A DNA stretch of 64,000 nt from assembly GCA_018303845.1 (NCBI GenBank), contig JAGVXH010000004.1, forward strand, positions 197,165-261,164. The letters are read 5' to 3'. Source of the DNA: Candidatus Pacearchaeota archaeon (GTDB taxonomy: Archaea; Nanobdellota; Nanobdellia; Pacearchaeales; GW2011-AR1). The translations under genes were made by a program, and so were the position numbers. This document shows, one piece after another, positions 56,298 to 63,907 of the stretch. The notes under the pieces are model-generated. The model was not told the origin of the DNA. It was given only the letters and a program-made list of their open reading frames with translations, and did no database searches. The first letter of the stretch is position 1, and each line of letters starts with the position of its first letter.

Positions 56298-56617
56298 CAA
56301 TTATAAATAATTTTCAGAATTTTTATATCCTTGCCTTCCAAGACTTCTGGTACCCACCCGCATTGTGCACATTCAAAAATAACAATATCATGCAACCTCT
56401 CAACTACCCTAGCTCGCCCTTCAAATCCACACTCACACTTAACCTTAGAGTCCTTATCAATAATCTCAACCACCCAATTAAACCTTCCCAAAATATGCTC
56501 CCTCAAATGTCTAGTCTCAATTCCAACCAACTCTCCAACCTCTAAAACAATTTCCTTTACATCATCCCGATTATTAACATCCTTCAATATCGCCTCAATA
56601 AAACTGTGTTCATGCAT
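56297..56617 (-). CDS. hypA: hydrogenase nickel-insertion protein HypA
   Basis: MHEHSFIEAIL N-terminus (MHE nickel site). CxC ... CxxC zinc site (CECG...CAQCG). 106 aa. Confidence 0.87.
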   Translation of the reverse strand: MHEHSFIEAILKDVNNRDDVKEIVLEVGELVGIETRHLREHILGRFNWVVEIIDKDSKVKCECGFEGRARVVERLHDIVIFECAQCGWVPEVLEGKDIKILKIIYN

Positions 56618-56676
56618 TACATATCAAGGATATTCAAAGTTAAAAACGTTCCTACCCAAGTTAAAATAAATTATAT

Positions 56677-57309
56677 TTATTTTTCTAACAACTTCCTTAA
56701 AACTTTCTCAGGATTTTTTGCCGTAGTCACTGCCGACGACAATGCAACCCCACTCGCACCAAACTTCATTGCCACTTCAATATCCTCGTGATTATGAATC
56801 CCAGCCCCAACCAGAAATTTACCTTTCAATTTCTTCCCAATCTCCGCAATCAACTCTGGGCGCGCCGTAGATACACTAACCTCTCCACCAACAAGCTCAG
56901 CCGGCTCAATACAAACATAATCCACACCAAGCTTCTCAATTCTTTTAGCATCTTTCAAACTCCCAGCAAACACAAGCGTCTTCAGCCCAACTTCCTTACA
57001 TCTCAAAACAGTCTTCTTCAAAACATCCCAAGTCAAAGGATGTTCACTATGATTCAAAAAAACCCCAACCGCTCCGTCACTTTTAACTCCTTCAACAGCA
57101 ACAAACCCAGTATTCCTGCCGGGCTCCACCGCATCAACATGCTGACAATAAACTTTCAAAGAAGTCTTGTGCGCGACCTCATAAACATCTCCAACCTGAA
57201 CCCCAACAACAATATCTTTAGAAACCTTCTCAATCTTTCTACAAAGTTTCAAAACTTCTTTACCCTGTTGATAAGTTTTCAAATTAACAACAATTAAAGG
57301 GTTCATCAT
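56677..57309 (-). CDS. tpiA: triosephosphate isomerase (archaeal short type)
   Basis: VVNLKTY, FLNHSEH, CIEPAELVGG, VGAGI. The ORF-track start is TTG; the ATG at 57309 is used. Confidence 0.9.
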   Translation of the reverse strand: MMNPLIVVNLKTYQQGKEVLKLCRKIEKVSKDIVVGVQVGDVYEVAHKTSLKVYCQHVDAVEPGRNTGFVAVEGVKSDGAVGVFLNHSEHPLTWDVLKKTVLRCKEVGLKTLVFAGSLKDAKRIEKLGVDYVCIEPAELVGGEVSVSTARPELIAEIGKKLKGKFLVGAGIHNHEDIEVAMKFGASGVALSSAVTTAKNPEKVLRKLLEK

Positions 57310-57311
57310 CT

Positions 57312-57788
57312 TCAAAGTCCCCACATGCCCCAACTTTCGGGAAATTTTAAATCCAGTACCCTAATATAAACAACCAACTCTCCGTGATGAAGAATCTCAT
57401 GTTCAATCAAAGAATTCAAATGCTCTTCCAAATTCAATTTCTCTCCAAACCAATCAATCTTCACATCCTCTTTTTCTTCAATTAACTTAAGCATCTCCAT
57501 ATTAACTTCTTCCAAAAATTCCAAAAGTTTCATCTTCGAAGTTTCAACCGAATAATCCCTTCGATATTTCCCAAAATCAACCTTTCCAGTTTTAATCGCT
57601 TCATTATAACAAATCTGAACATCCCCAATATGTCGATACTGCTTACCAATGGTCCCCATATTTTTCCCAACACTAAAAGACAAATTTTCCTCAGGGAGTT
57701 CACTTAACAAATCAAGAGTTAACTGCCTCAAGTCTTTCCATTTTTCTAATAAGTGCTTCAGCTCCTCTCTCATAATAAATACAATCAT
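57312..57788 (-). CDS. DinB-superfamily protein
   Basis: Four-helix pattern with widely spaced His residues (..QYRHIGD.., ..LIEHEILHHGELVVY). Confidence 0.55.
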   Translation of the reverse strand: MIVFIMREELKHLLEKWKDLRQLTLDLLSELPEENLSFSVGKNMGTIGKQYRHIGDVQICYNEAIKTGKVDFGKYRRDYSVETSKMKLLEFLEEVNMEMLKLIEEKEDVKIDWFGEKLNLEEHLNSLIEHEILHHGELVVYIRVLDLKFPESWGMWGL

Positions 57789-57803
57789 CTAACAATTAAA
57801 AAC

Positions 57804-58733
57804 CTATCCCAAGCAAGAACCCTTATTGTATACATCATCAAAAACATTACTCAACTGATGAACCACAACCTTACCATTATTAAAATCCTCATTATTAAAA
57901 ACAATCTCAGGGCAATCCCATCCAGTTCGAAATCCATTCAACTTCTCAATATCACTACTCCTCATCTTAAAATCCAAAGCCCCAAGATTCTCATCAATAT
58001 GCTTCAAATTACTAGATTTAGTTAATGGTAAAAATCCACGAGAAATAAGCCAATTAAAAATAATCTGATTCTGTGTCTTCCCATACTTCTCACTCAACTC
58101 CACTAACAACGGCCAATTTCTAGCAATAGTTTTATTTCTCCGAATAGGCTGATAAATAACATTCAAAATATTATTTTCATCCGCAAACTCAATAATACCC
58201 ATATGCTCATTTTCTCTAATCTCAAAATTAAAATTCAACTCATGACAAAACATCTTGTCTCCAAAAATTTCTTTAAACTTTTTCAAATACTTCAAATCAG
58301 AATTAGTAATACTAACAAACTTAGTTTCTCCAGACTCCAAAACATCCTTCAAGAATTGAGCAACATTATCAAAACCATATTTTTCAATACCAGTAACATC
58401 AAACTCAACAGAATCCATATAATTAGTATCCAAGATTTCTCTAACCTTTTTCATTTCCTTCCTAACATCCTCCAATGTCTCATTCTTATAACAATAAAGA
58501 GCCTGATGTAAAAACAACTTCTCCCTATCAACTCCAGATTTCTCAATAGCTTCAGCCAAAAGCTCCACATTATGCCCCTCGGAATTCCAATAATTGACCT
58601 CAATAAAATTCATCCCCTTCTTCAAAGAATAAACCAAAGCCTCAATATCTTTCTTATCATTTCCAGAATCTTTCTTAGCGAACCCACCAATACCCCATCC
58701 ACCAATACCAATTGGAAAAATATTTTTATCCAT
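57804..58733 (-). CDS. aldo/keto reductase
   Basis: IGIGGWGIGG N-terminus. (beta/alpha)8 AKR-like length and layout (..FIEVNYWNSEGH.., ..QPIRRN..). Confidence 0.72.
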   Translation of the reverse strand: MDKNIFPIGIGGWGIGGFAKKDSGNDKKDIEALVYSLKKGMNFIEVNYWNSEGHNVELLAEAIEKSGVDREKLFLHQALYCYKNETLEDVRKEMKKVREILDTNYMDSVEFDVTGIEKYGFDNVAQFLKDVLESGETKFVSITNSDLKYLKKFKEIFGDKMFCHELNFNFEIRENEHMGIIEFADENNILNVIYQPIRRNKTIARNWPLLVELSEKYGKTQNQIIFNWLISRGFLPLTKSSNLKHIDENLGALDFKMRSSDIEKLNGFRTGWDCPEIVFNNEDFNNGKVVVHQLSNVFDDVYNKGSCLG

Positions 58734-58808
58734 ATAAGATATTTAAATAAAAACATTAAATACTTTCGGGCTCACTTTGAGCTCATACCATGCGTATACC
58801 AAAACAAA

Positions 58809-58837
58809 AATCTGTGTAATCTGTGTAATCTGTGGCC
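58809..58837 (+). repeat. triple 9-nt repeat family, copy i (aatctgtgtaatctgtgtaatctgtggcc)
   Basis: Three tandem 9-mers 10 nt downstream of the second GxxExxY stop. Confidence 0.9.
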
Positions 58838-58847
58838 AATTTTTTCC

Positions 58848-59230
58848 TCACCCAAAAACCATTCTTTTAATCCCAGCCTCTTTACCAAAGTTTAACAACA
58901 ACCCAACTTCAATTCCAGTAGCCTTCAAATAATTAATCAATTGCGCTTCTTCGGACCCACAAAAATTATTCAAGGCCTTAACTTCAACAATTACTTTCCC
59001 GTCAACAATAAAGTCTGCAAAATAATCTCCCATAATCTTATTCTTATAAAAAACTCTAACAGGAGCTTGCTTAATAAAACTCAAACCAGCTTCAGAAAAT
59101 TCTAAAGCCAAAGCGTTCTCATAAATTTTTTCCAAAAATCCAGAACCCAAAGTATTATACACACGATAAAAACATCCAATAATTTCTCAGTCAATTCCTT
59201 ATGTTTGTATTCTTCCATTTCAAAATCCAT
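58848..59230 (-). pseudogene. GxxExxY protein, second copy, with an N-terminal frameshift
   Basis: The body YRVYNTLGSGFLEKIYENAL...DFIVDGKVIVEVKA...QLINYL is intact from 59162 (GTG). ATG 59230 opens MDFEMEEYKHKELTEK in another frame. The frames meet at the A3 run at 59183-59185; one extra A would restore ..KELTEKIIGCFYRVYN.. as in copy 1. Confidence 0.7.
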
Positions 59231-59237
59231 ATCGATT

Positions 59238-59259
59238 CACATAATCCGCGACTAACCAC
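59238..59259 (+). repeat. repeat family, degenerate copy j (cacataatccgcgactaaccac)
   Basis: Lies 8 nt upstream of the second GxxExxY ATG. Closely resembles copy c. Confidence 0.5.
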
Positions 59260-60026
59260 TACTTAGCCCAAACAATATCCCGAATCTTCCCAGCCAACTC
59301 CAACGGCTCCTTCGCCTGCCAAACATTTCGCCCAATCGCCATCCCACTCGCCCCATTCTCCATATACCCTTTAATCTTCTCCAAAAGCTTCCCCTCACTA
59401 ACCTTACCCCCTCCAGCACAAATCACCTTCACCCTTCCAGCCGACTTAACCGCCCAAGCAAAATCTTTCATGTTCCCCTCCGGATGAATCTTAACAATAT
59501 CAGCCCCAATACTCAATGCAACCTGAGTAGCATACGACATCAATTCATTCTTAGGAATATCTTCCAACCCAGCCCCTCGTGGATAAACCCAAACAATCAA
59601 AGGCAAACCCCGTCGATGCGCCTCCGCCTGAATCTTCGAAACTTCACTCAGCATCTCCTCCTCATGAAAACTCCCAATGTAAATTGTATATCCAACAGCA
59701 CAAGCACCCAAATCAACAGCCTCGTCAATTGTCGCAATCTGTCGCGAAATCGGGTCACCCTTAACTAGACTAGTCTTTCCGTTCAACTTCAAAACAAGCG
59801 GAACCTTAGCTTTCTTAATCTCATCATAATATTTCTCCGCAACCCCCTTGTGCAAAACCAGTCCAGTAAACCCGCCTTTAGCCGCAATGTCAATCACATA
59901 AGCCGGATCAACATTTCTATCATCAAAATCCGTCGGGCCATGTTCAATGCCCTGATCATAAGCAAGCAAAAGAATTTTCCCCTTTCGAACAATTCGCCTC
60001 AAATTAAAAAATTTCTTCAACCTCAT
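59259..60026 (-). CDS. fba: class I fructose-bisphosphate aldolase (archaeal DhnA type)
   Basis: LLLAYDQGIEHGPTDF, PLVLKLNG, ADIVKIHPEG (Schiff-base Lys context), GMAIGRNVWQ. Confidence 0.85.
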   Translation of the reverse strand: MRLKKFFNLRRIVRKGKILLLAYDQGIEHGPTDFDDRNVDPAYVIDIAAKGGFTGLVLHKGVAEKYYDEIKKAKVPLVLKLNGKTSLVKGDPISRQIATIDEAVDLGACAVGYTIYIGSFHEEEMLSEVSKIQAEAHRRGLPLIVWVYPRGAGLEDIPKNELMSYATQVALSIGADIVKIHPEGNMKDFAWAVKSAGRVKVICAGGGKVSEGKLLEKIKGYMENGASGMAIGRNVWQAKEPLELAGKIRDIVWAK

Positions 60027-61273
60027 TTCTTTTTCACCTTCTTCTGAATCTTCTTAACAATCTTTTCTTTAATAACCTTCTTCTTAACTTTCTTTGTAGC
60101 TCTCTTCACTCTATTTTTAGTCTCCTTATACTTTTCAATCCTAGTCGAACCAGTCCTTCCCAAACCGCCAGACTTCCGAACTTCCGAACCACCTTGCGAA
60201 TCTTTGATTCGCATATGCATATGATTAACATTGTAAACCGCCGTAATAAAAAGCGATTCGCTCCAACCCAAAGGCATATTCTCATTTGGCTTATTCGAAT
60301 TAGAATAATAAAGTTCAGGAACCTCTCCACTTTTACTAACCGTTCCCAAAACTTTCGCTAAAAATTCCTTCGCCTTCTTCTCTTTTCCAAGCTTCTCATA
60401 AATAATCGCAAGCCACGCTAACCCAAATGTCCACTCAGCCTCCTCGGAAAAATTATCCAAATTCTTATTATAATAAGCGTCCCCCTTATACCGAATCACA
60501 CCCTTCTTCTTCAAAAGATGATACTCAACATTTTCCAAAATCTCTTTAGTCTGCCGAGCATTAACAACATCATAAGGCCAAATCAGTGAAAGCAATGCCA
60601 AATCAACAAATTTCTTCTCGCTCTCCCTAGGCAAAAGTTTAGCAAGAGCAGCGTAGCCTTTCTTAATTAAATCTTCATTAACCTCAATCCCATCAAGCCC
60701 TTTAACCATTTCTAAGCCCGCAACACAAGCCCCAATACTTGAAGCGTGAACCTCTTGCGCCTCTTCCCACATTCCAGAATCCGCGTCATGCCAATATTCC
60801 AAAGTCGACAAATAATCAACTAACTTTTGAACAATTCGCCTATCATCATCCTTCAAAATTTTAACCCCAGCTTTTTCGAGTTCACCAATTTTAAACAAAA
60901 TACAACCTATCGAATCATTCTGCTTATTCCCCCATTCCTCCCAAAACTCCTCAAAAGTCTCAGGATTATATCGAGCATGAATAAACTGGTGAGTATACTC
61001 AGGCTTCTGTGAAATCGCATAATCAATTTTAAATTCATGTTTCTTAAAAATATCCAAAAGCGCGCGATAAGTTTCCTCAACAGTTTTCCAATCCTGCACA
61101 ACTTCAAACGCAATACATTCATAAAAATTATCTCGAAGCCATGCCTTATCATAACCAGTCGAAACCGTAGGCTTACTAGCCGAAAACAACCCAGACTTAA
61201 ACCTCAGACCTCCAAGAATTTCTAAATGTTGCTTAACAAGTTTAGTATAATTAATCTTCTTCATCTTCACCAT
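60023..61273 (-). CDS. glycoside hydrolase family 15-like (glucoamylase-type) protein with Lys-rich C-terminal tail
   Basis: YDKAWLRDNFYE, GMWEE, (alpha/alpha)6-like length. The last about 45 aa are K/V-rich. The ORF-track start is TTG; the first ATG (61273) is used. Confidence 0.65.
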   Translation of the reverse strand: MVKMKKINYTKLVKQHLEILGGLRFKSGLFSASKPTVSTGYDKAWLRDNFYECIAFEVVQDWKTVEETYRALLDIFKKHEFKIDYAISQKPEYTHQFIHARYNPETFEEFWEEWGNKQNDSIGCILFKIGELEKAGVKILKDDDRRIVQKLVDYLSTLEYWHDADSGMWEEAQEVHASSIGACVAGLEMVKGLDGIEVNEDLIKKGYAALAKLLPRESEKKFVDLALLSLIWPYDVVNARQTKEILENVEYHLLKKKGVIRYKGDAYYNKNLDNFSEEAEWTFGLAWLAIIYEKLGKEKKAKEFLAKVLGTVSKSGEVPELYYSNSNKPNENMPLGWSESLFITAVYNVNHMHMRIKDSQGGSEVRKSGGLGRTGSTRIEKYKETKNRVKRATKKVKKKVIKEKIVKKIQKKVKKK

Positions 61274-61337
61274 CTTTAAACCAAGAGGAGAATCCACTTT
61301 ATTAACTTTGCCAAGACAAAATAATAAATCCCACAAG

Positions 61338-62246
61338 TTATTTTAGTTTTCTCTTTAGCAAATTATTCTTCGCCCCAAAATACCCAAGCACAGCCTCGCT
61401 CTCCTCAACGCCAAGTTTCAAACAATCTTCCAAAGAATATCCAACAAGTAAACCCGCAACAAAACCAGCAGCAAAAGCGTCTCCAGCTCCAGTCCTCTCA
61501 ACCACCTTCTTCCCCTTATGCGGCACAACAGAATAAATACTCCCCTCAAAATAACACTTCACTTCCTTATCCTTATCCGTCACAACAACAATCCTCGGCC
61601 CCAAGCTGTTCAGCCCCTCAAGTATAGTCCCCTTTGTCTTATATCTTTTACAAAGCATTTCTCCTTCTTCCTTATTCAAAATCAAAACATAACAAAGCTT
61701 CAACAACTTCCTAATATCCTGCTTCTCAATCGAATACGAACTCGGATTAAACGCCAATCTCCCTCCGCCCTCAACAAACTTCTCCGCCAAAATCTTCTGC
61801 GTCTCAAAACTTTTTCCCAAGAGCGACGAATAATAAAGCCACTTAGACTTAAATTTCTTAACATCACCAACACCAATCTCATTACTCTCACCCTTGTAAG
61901 TCAAAACAGTCCTATCGTGTTGGTCGCTATCAATAATCATAGAATACCCAGTTTTCCCCAAACCAACCTTCCCCAAAAATTTAACCTTCTCACGTTTCAA
62001 ACAATCAAGCACTTCTTTCCCATTAGAATCATTCCCGACACCACAAACGCACCCCGTCTTCAATCCAAACCGAGCAAAAGCAACCGCAACATTAGTCCCA
62101 CCTCCCCCGATATCAAACCTCAAACCATCAATCAAATATTTCCCACCAACTTCCAAATCAAGCCGACCATTTTTCTCCCCAACTCCAGTAGAAGCAAAAA
62201 CGTCAACTACCCCACTACCAAAACTAACCACATCAAACTTCACCAT
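61338..62246 (-). CDS. PfkB-family carbohydrate kinase
   Basis: GGGGTNVAVAFARFG (N-terminal GG motif) and TGAGDAFAAGF (C-terminal PfkB signature). Confidence 0.85.
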   Translation of the reverse strand: MVKFDVVSFGSGVVDVFASTGVGEKNGRLDLEVGGKYLIDGLRFDIGGGGTNVAVAFARFGLKTGCVCGVGNDSNGKEVLDCLKREKVKFLGKVGLGKTGYSMIIDSDQHDRTVLTYKGESNEIGVGDVKKFKSKWLYYSSLLGKSFETQKILAEKFVEGGGRLAFNPSSYSIEKQDIRKLLKLCYVLILNKEEGEMLCKRYKTKGTILEGLNSLGPRIVVVTDKDKEVKCYFEGSIYSVVPHKGKKVVERTGAGDAFAAGFVAGLLVGYSLEDCLKLGVEESEAVLGYFGAKNNLLKRKLK

Positions 62247-62319
62247 CTTAAGCTAACCAAAAGCATTCGAAGTTAAAAATGTTGTTATGTAAATCCCTAA
62301 TCCCAAAAGACAAAGTATC

Positions 62320-63504
62320 TTATTTTCTATTGCCTCGCGAAGTGTAATACCCAAGCGCCTTCAGCCCAGCCAACTTCTCTCCAGCGATATAAGATAGACA
62401 TGCCCCGCCCGACAAACTAACATGCCCAAACTTCTTCCTTCTTAAGAACAAGCTCTTCCGAATCACTTCCGACAACTGTCCTCCTCCAACAAGCGAAAAT
62501 CCCTTGCATCTAGAAACAGCCTTTAATATTTCAACCGTCCCTTTTCTAAACCGCCGATCCTCAGCCCATCCCGCCGGCCCCTTAACATAAACACTCTCCG
62601 CGTCCTCAATCATCCGACAAAATCTCTTAATACTCTCCTCTCCAATATCCTCAATTTCAAACTCCATCGGAAAATCATCCAACCCAAACTCTCTTCTCTT
62701 TCCATTGAAATTCACAGCAAAATCAATCGGCAACTCAATCCTTTTCAGTTTACTCTTAAGCTTCTTTAAAAATCCAGCCCAACTACCTTTTGTTAAAAGC
62801 GTCTTCTTCAAAAAAGCATCCTGATACCCAAACTTAAAACCCTTCGCCGCCAAACACACCTGTCCAAACAAGCCACAAGCAATCACCTTATTCCCTCGAC
62901 CAAGTAATTTAATATCACTTTCACCTTTCGCCCCACCCAAAACAAACAAACAATTTTTCATCCGAACTTTTTCCAAAGCCCTAATCTCTTTCTCAAACAA
63001 AAGCCCAATCCCAGACTCTCTGTGAGAAGCAAATCCAACAAGTGAAGTATGGTCCCGATGCGACACCGAAAAAGCATCATTAACATAAATATCAATCAAC
63101 GGCAAAAGCACTTTCAACAAAACATTTCCCTTCTTCCTCGGCTTAAACTCATCCCCAACTCCTCGAACATTATCAAGCAAGACAACATCGCCCTTCTTCA
63201 TTCCCTTAATCGCCTTAACAGCCTTCTCTCCAACGACATCATCCACAAACTTCACATGCCTCCCAAGCAACCTAGCGTGCATCTCTAAGCTCAAAAAATC
63301 TTTTTTACCAGGATTCCCCTGATGCGCCAAAATAACGACACGAGCACCTTTCTTTACAAGCCAATCAATCGTCTTCCCACTTTCAATAATTCGCTCTCCT
63401 TTCAAAACTCGCCCATTAACAACGTCACTATTCAAATCACTCCTAAGCAAAACAGTCAGCCCATGAACATCCAAATCCTTTAGAGTTTTAAGTTTCATAA
63501 TCAC
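62320..63504 (-). CDS. pgk: phosphoglycerate kinase
   Basis: VLLRSDLNSDV (RxDxN region), ILAHQGNPG, FVLGGAK, C-terminal HVSLSGGACLSYIAGEKLAGLKAL. Confidence 0.85.
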   Translation of the reverse strand: MIMKLKTLKDLDVHGLTVLLRSDLNSDVVNGRVLKGERIIESGKTIDWLVKKGARVVILAHQGNPGKKDFLSLEMHARLLGRHVKFVDDVVGEKAVKAIKGMKKGDVVLLDNVRGVGDEFKPRKKGNVLLKVLLPLIDIYVNDAFSVSHRDHTSLVGFASHRESGIGLLFEKEIRALEKVRMKNCLFVLGGAKGESDIKLLGRGNKVIACGLFGQVCLAAKGFKFGYQDAFLKKTLLTKGSWAGFLKKLKSKLKRIELPIDFAVNFNGKRREFGLDDFPMEFEIEDIGEESIKRFCRMIEDAESVYVKGPAGWAEDRRFRKGTVEILKAVSRCKGFSLVGGGQLSEVIRKSLFLRRKKFGHVSLSGGACLSYIAGEKLAGLKALGYYTSRGNRK

Positions 63505-63552
63505 CTTAGATTAGAGAGAGGGGATGTTATTAAATTTAACTCAGAATAATTT

Positions 63553-63675
63553 TTACAAGCCAAGGATTTTCTTAGCTTCTGCCTCTGTATAGAATTCACC
63601 TTTCTTAATTCTTTCTCTGGCTTCTTTAATTTCAAGAATTGTTTTTTGGCTTATCTCTGGTTTTTTCTCGCACAT
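63553..63675 (-). CDS. possible 40-aa protein
   Basis: MCEKKPEISQKTILEIKEARERIKKGEFYTEAEAKKILGL. The longer ORF-track version upstream is a translated 21-bp tandem repeat in another register. Confidence 0.3.
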   Translation of the reverse strand: MCEKKPEISQKTILEIKEARERIKKGEFYTEAEAKKILGL

Positions 63676-63907
63676 TTTCGCTAGATGGATCAATTTTTTC
63701 AAAACCAAAATAATCACGAAGCCAATCAACAAACCCCTCCCAATCTTCTTTTGCTTTCTCCTTGGCAATTTTTTCTTTCTCCTTGGCAATTTTTGCTTTC
63801 TTCTTGGCAAGAATGTTGGCAATGATACATAAAATTATAGCAATCATCAAAATCATTACAGGGGGCAAGGAAATATATATCAAGGTAGGTATATGCAATT
63901 TCACCAA
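63632..63907 (-). CDS. possible single-TM protein with KEKAK-repeat region
   Basis: A TM segment, then AKKKAKIAKEKEKIAKEKAKE encoded by the 21-bp tandem repeat at 63759-63800. It overlaps the previous ORF in another frame, so at most one arrangement is real. Confidence 0.3.
   Translation of the reverse strand: MVKLHIPTLIYISLPPVMILMIAIILCIIANILAKKKAKIAKEKEKIAKEKAKEDWEGFVDWLRDYFGFEKIDPSSENVREKTRDKPKNNS

Noticed and set aside
8068-59259. CRISPR array formed by the 9-10 nt tandem repeats
   Set aside because: The units are far too short and directly abut each other without spacers. There are only three units per site, and no cas genes are in the window.
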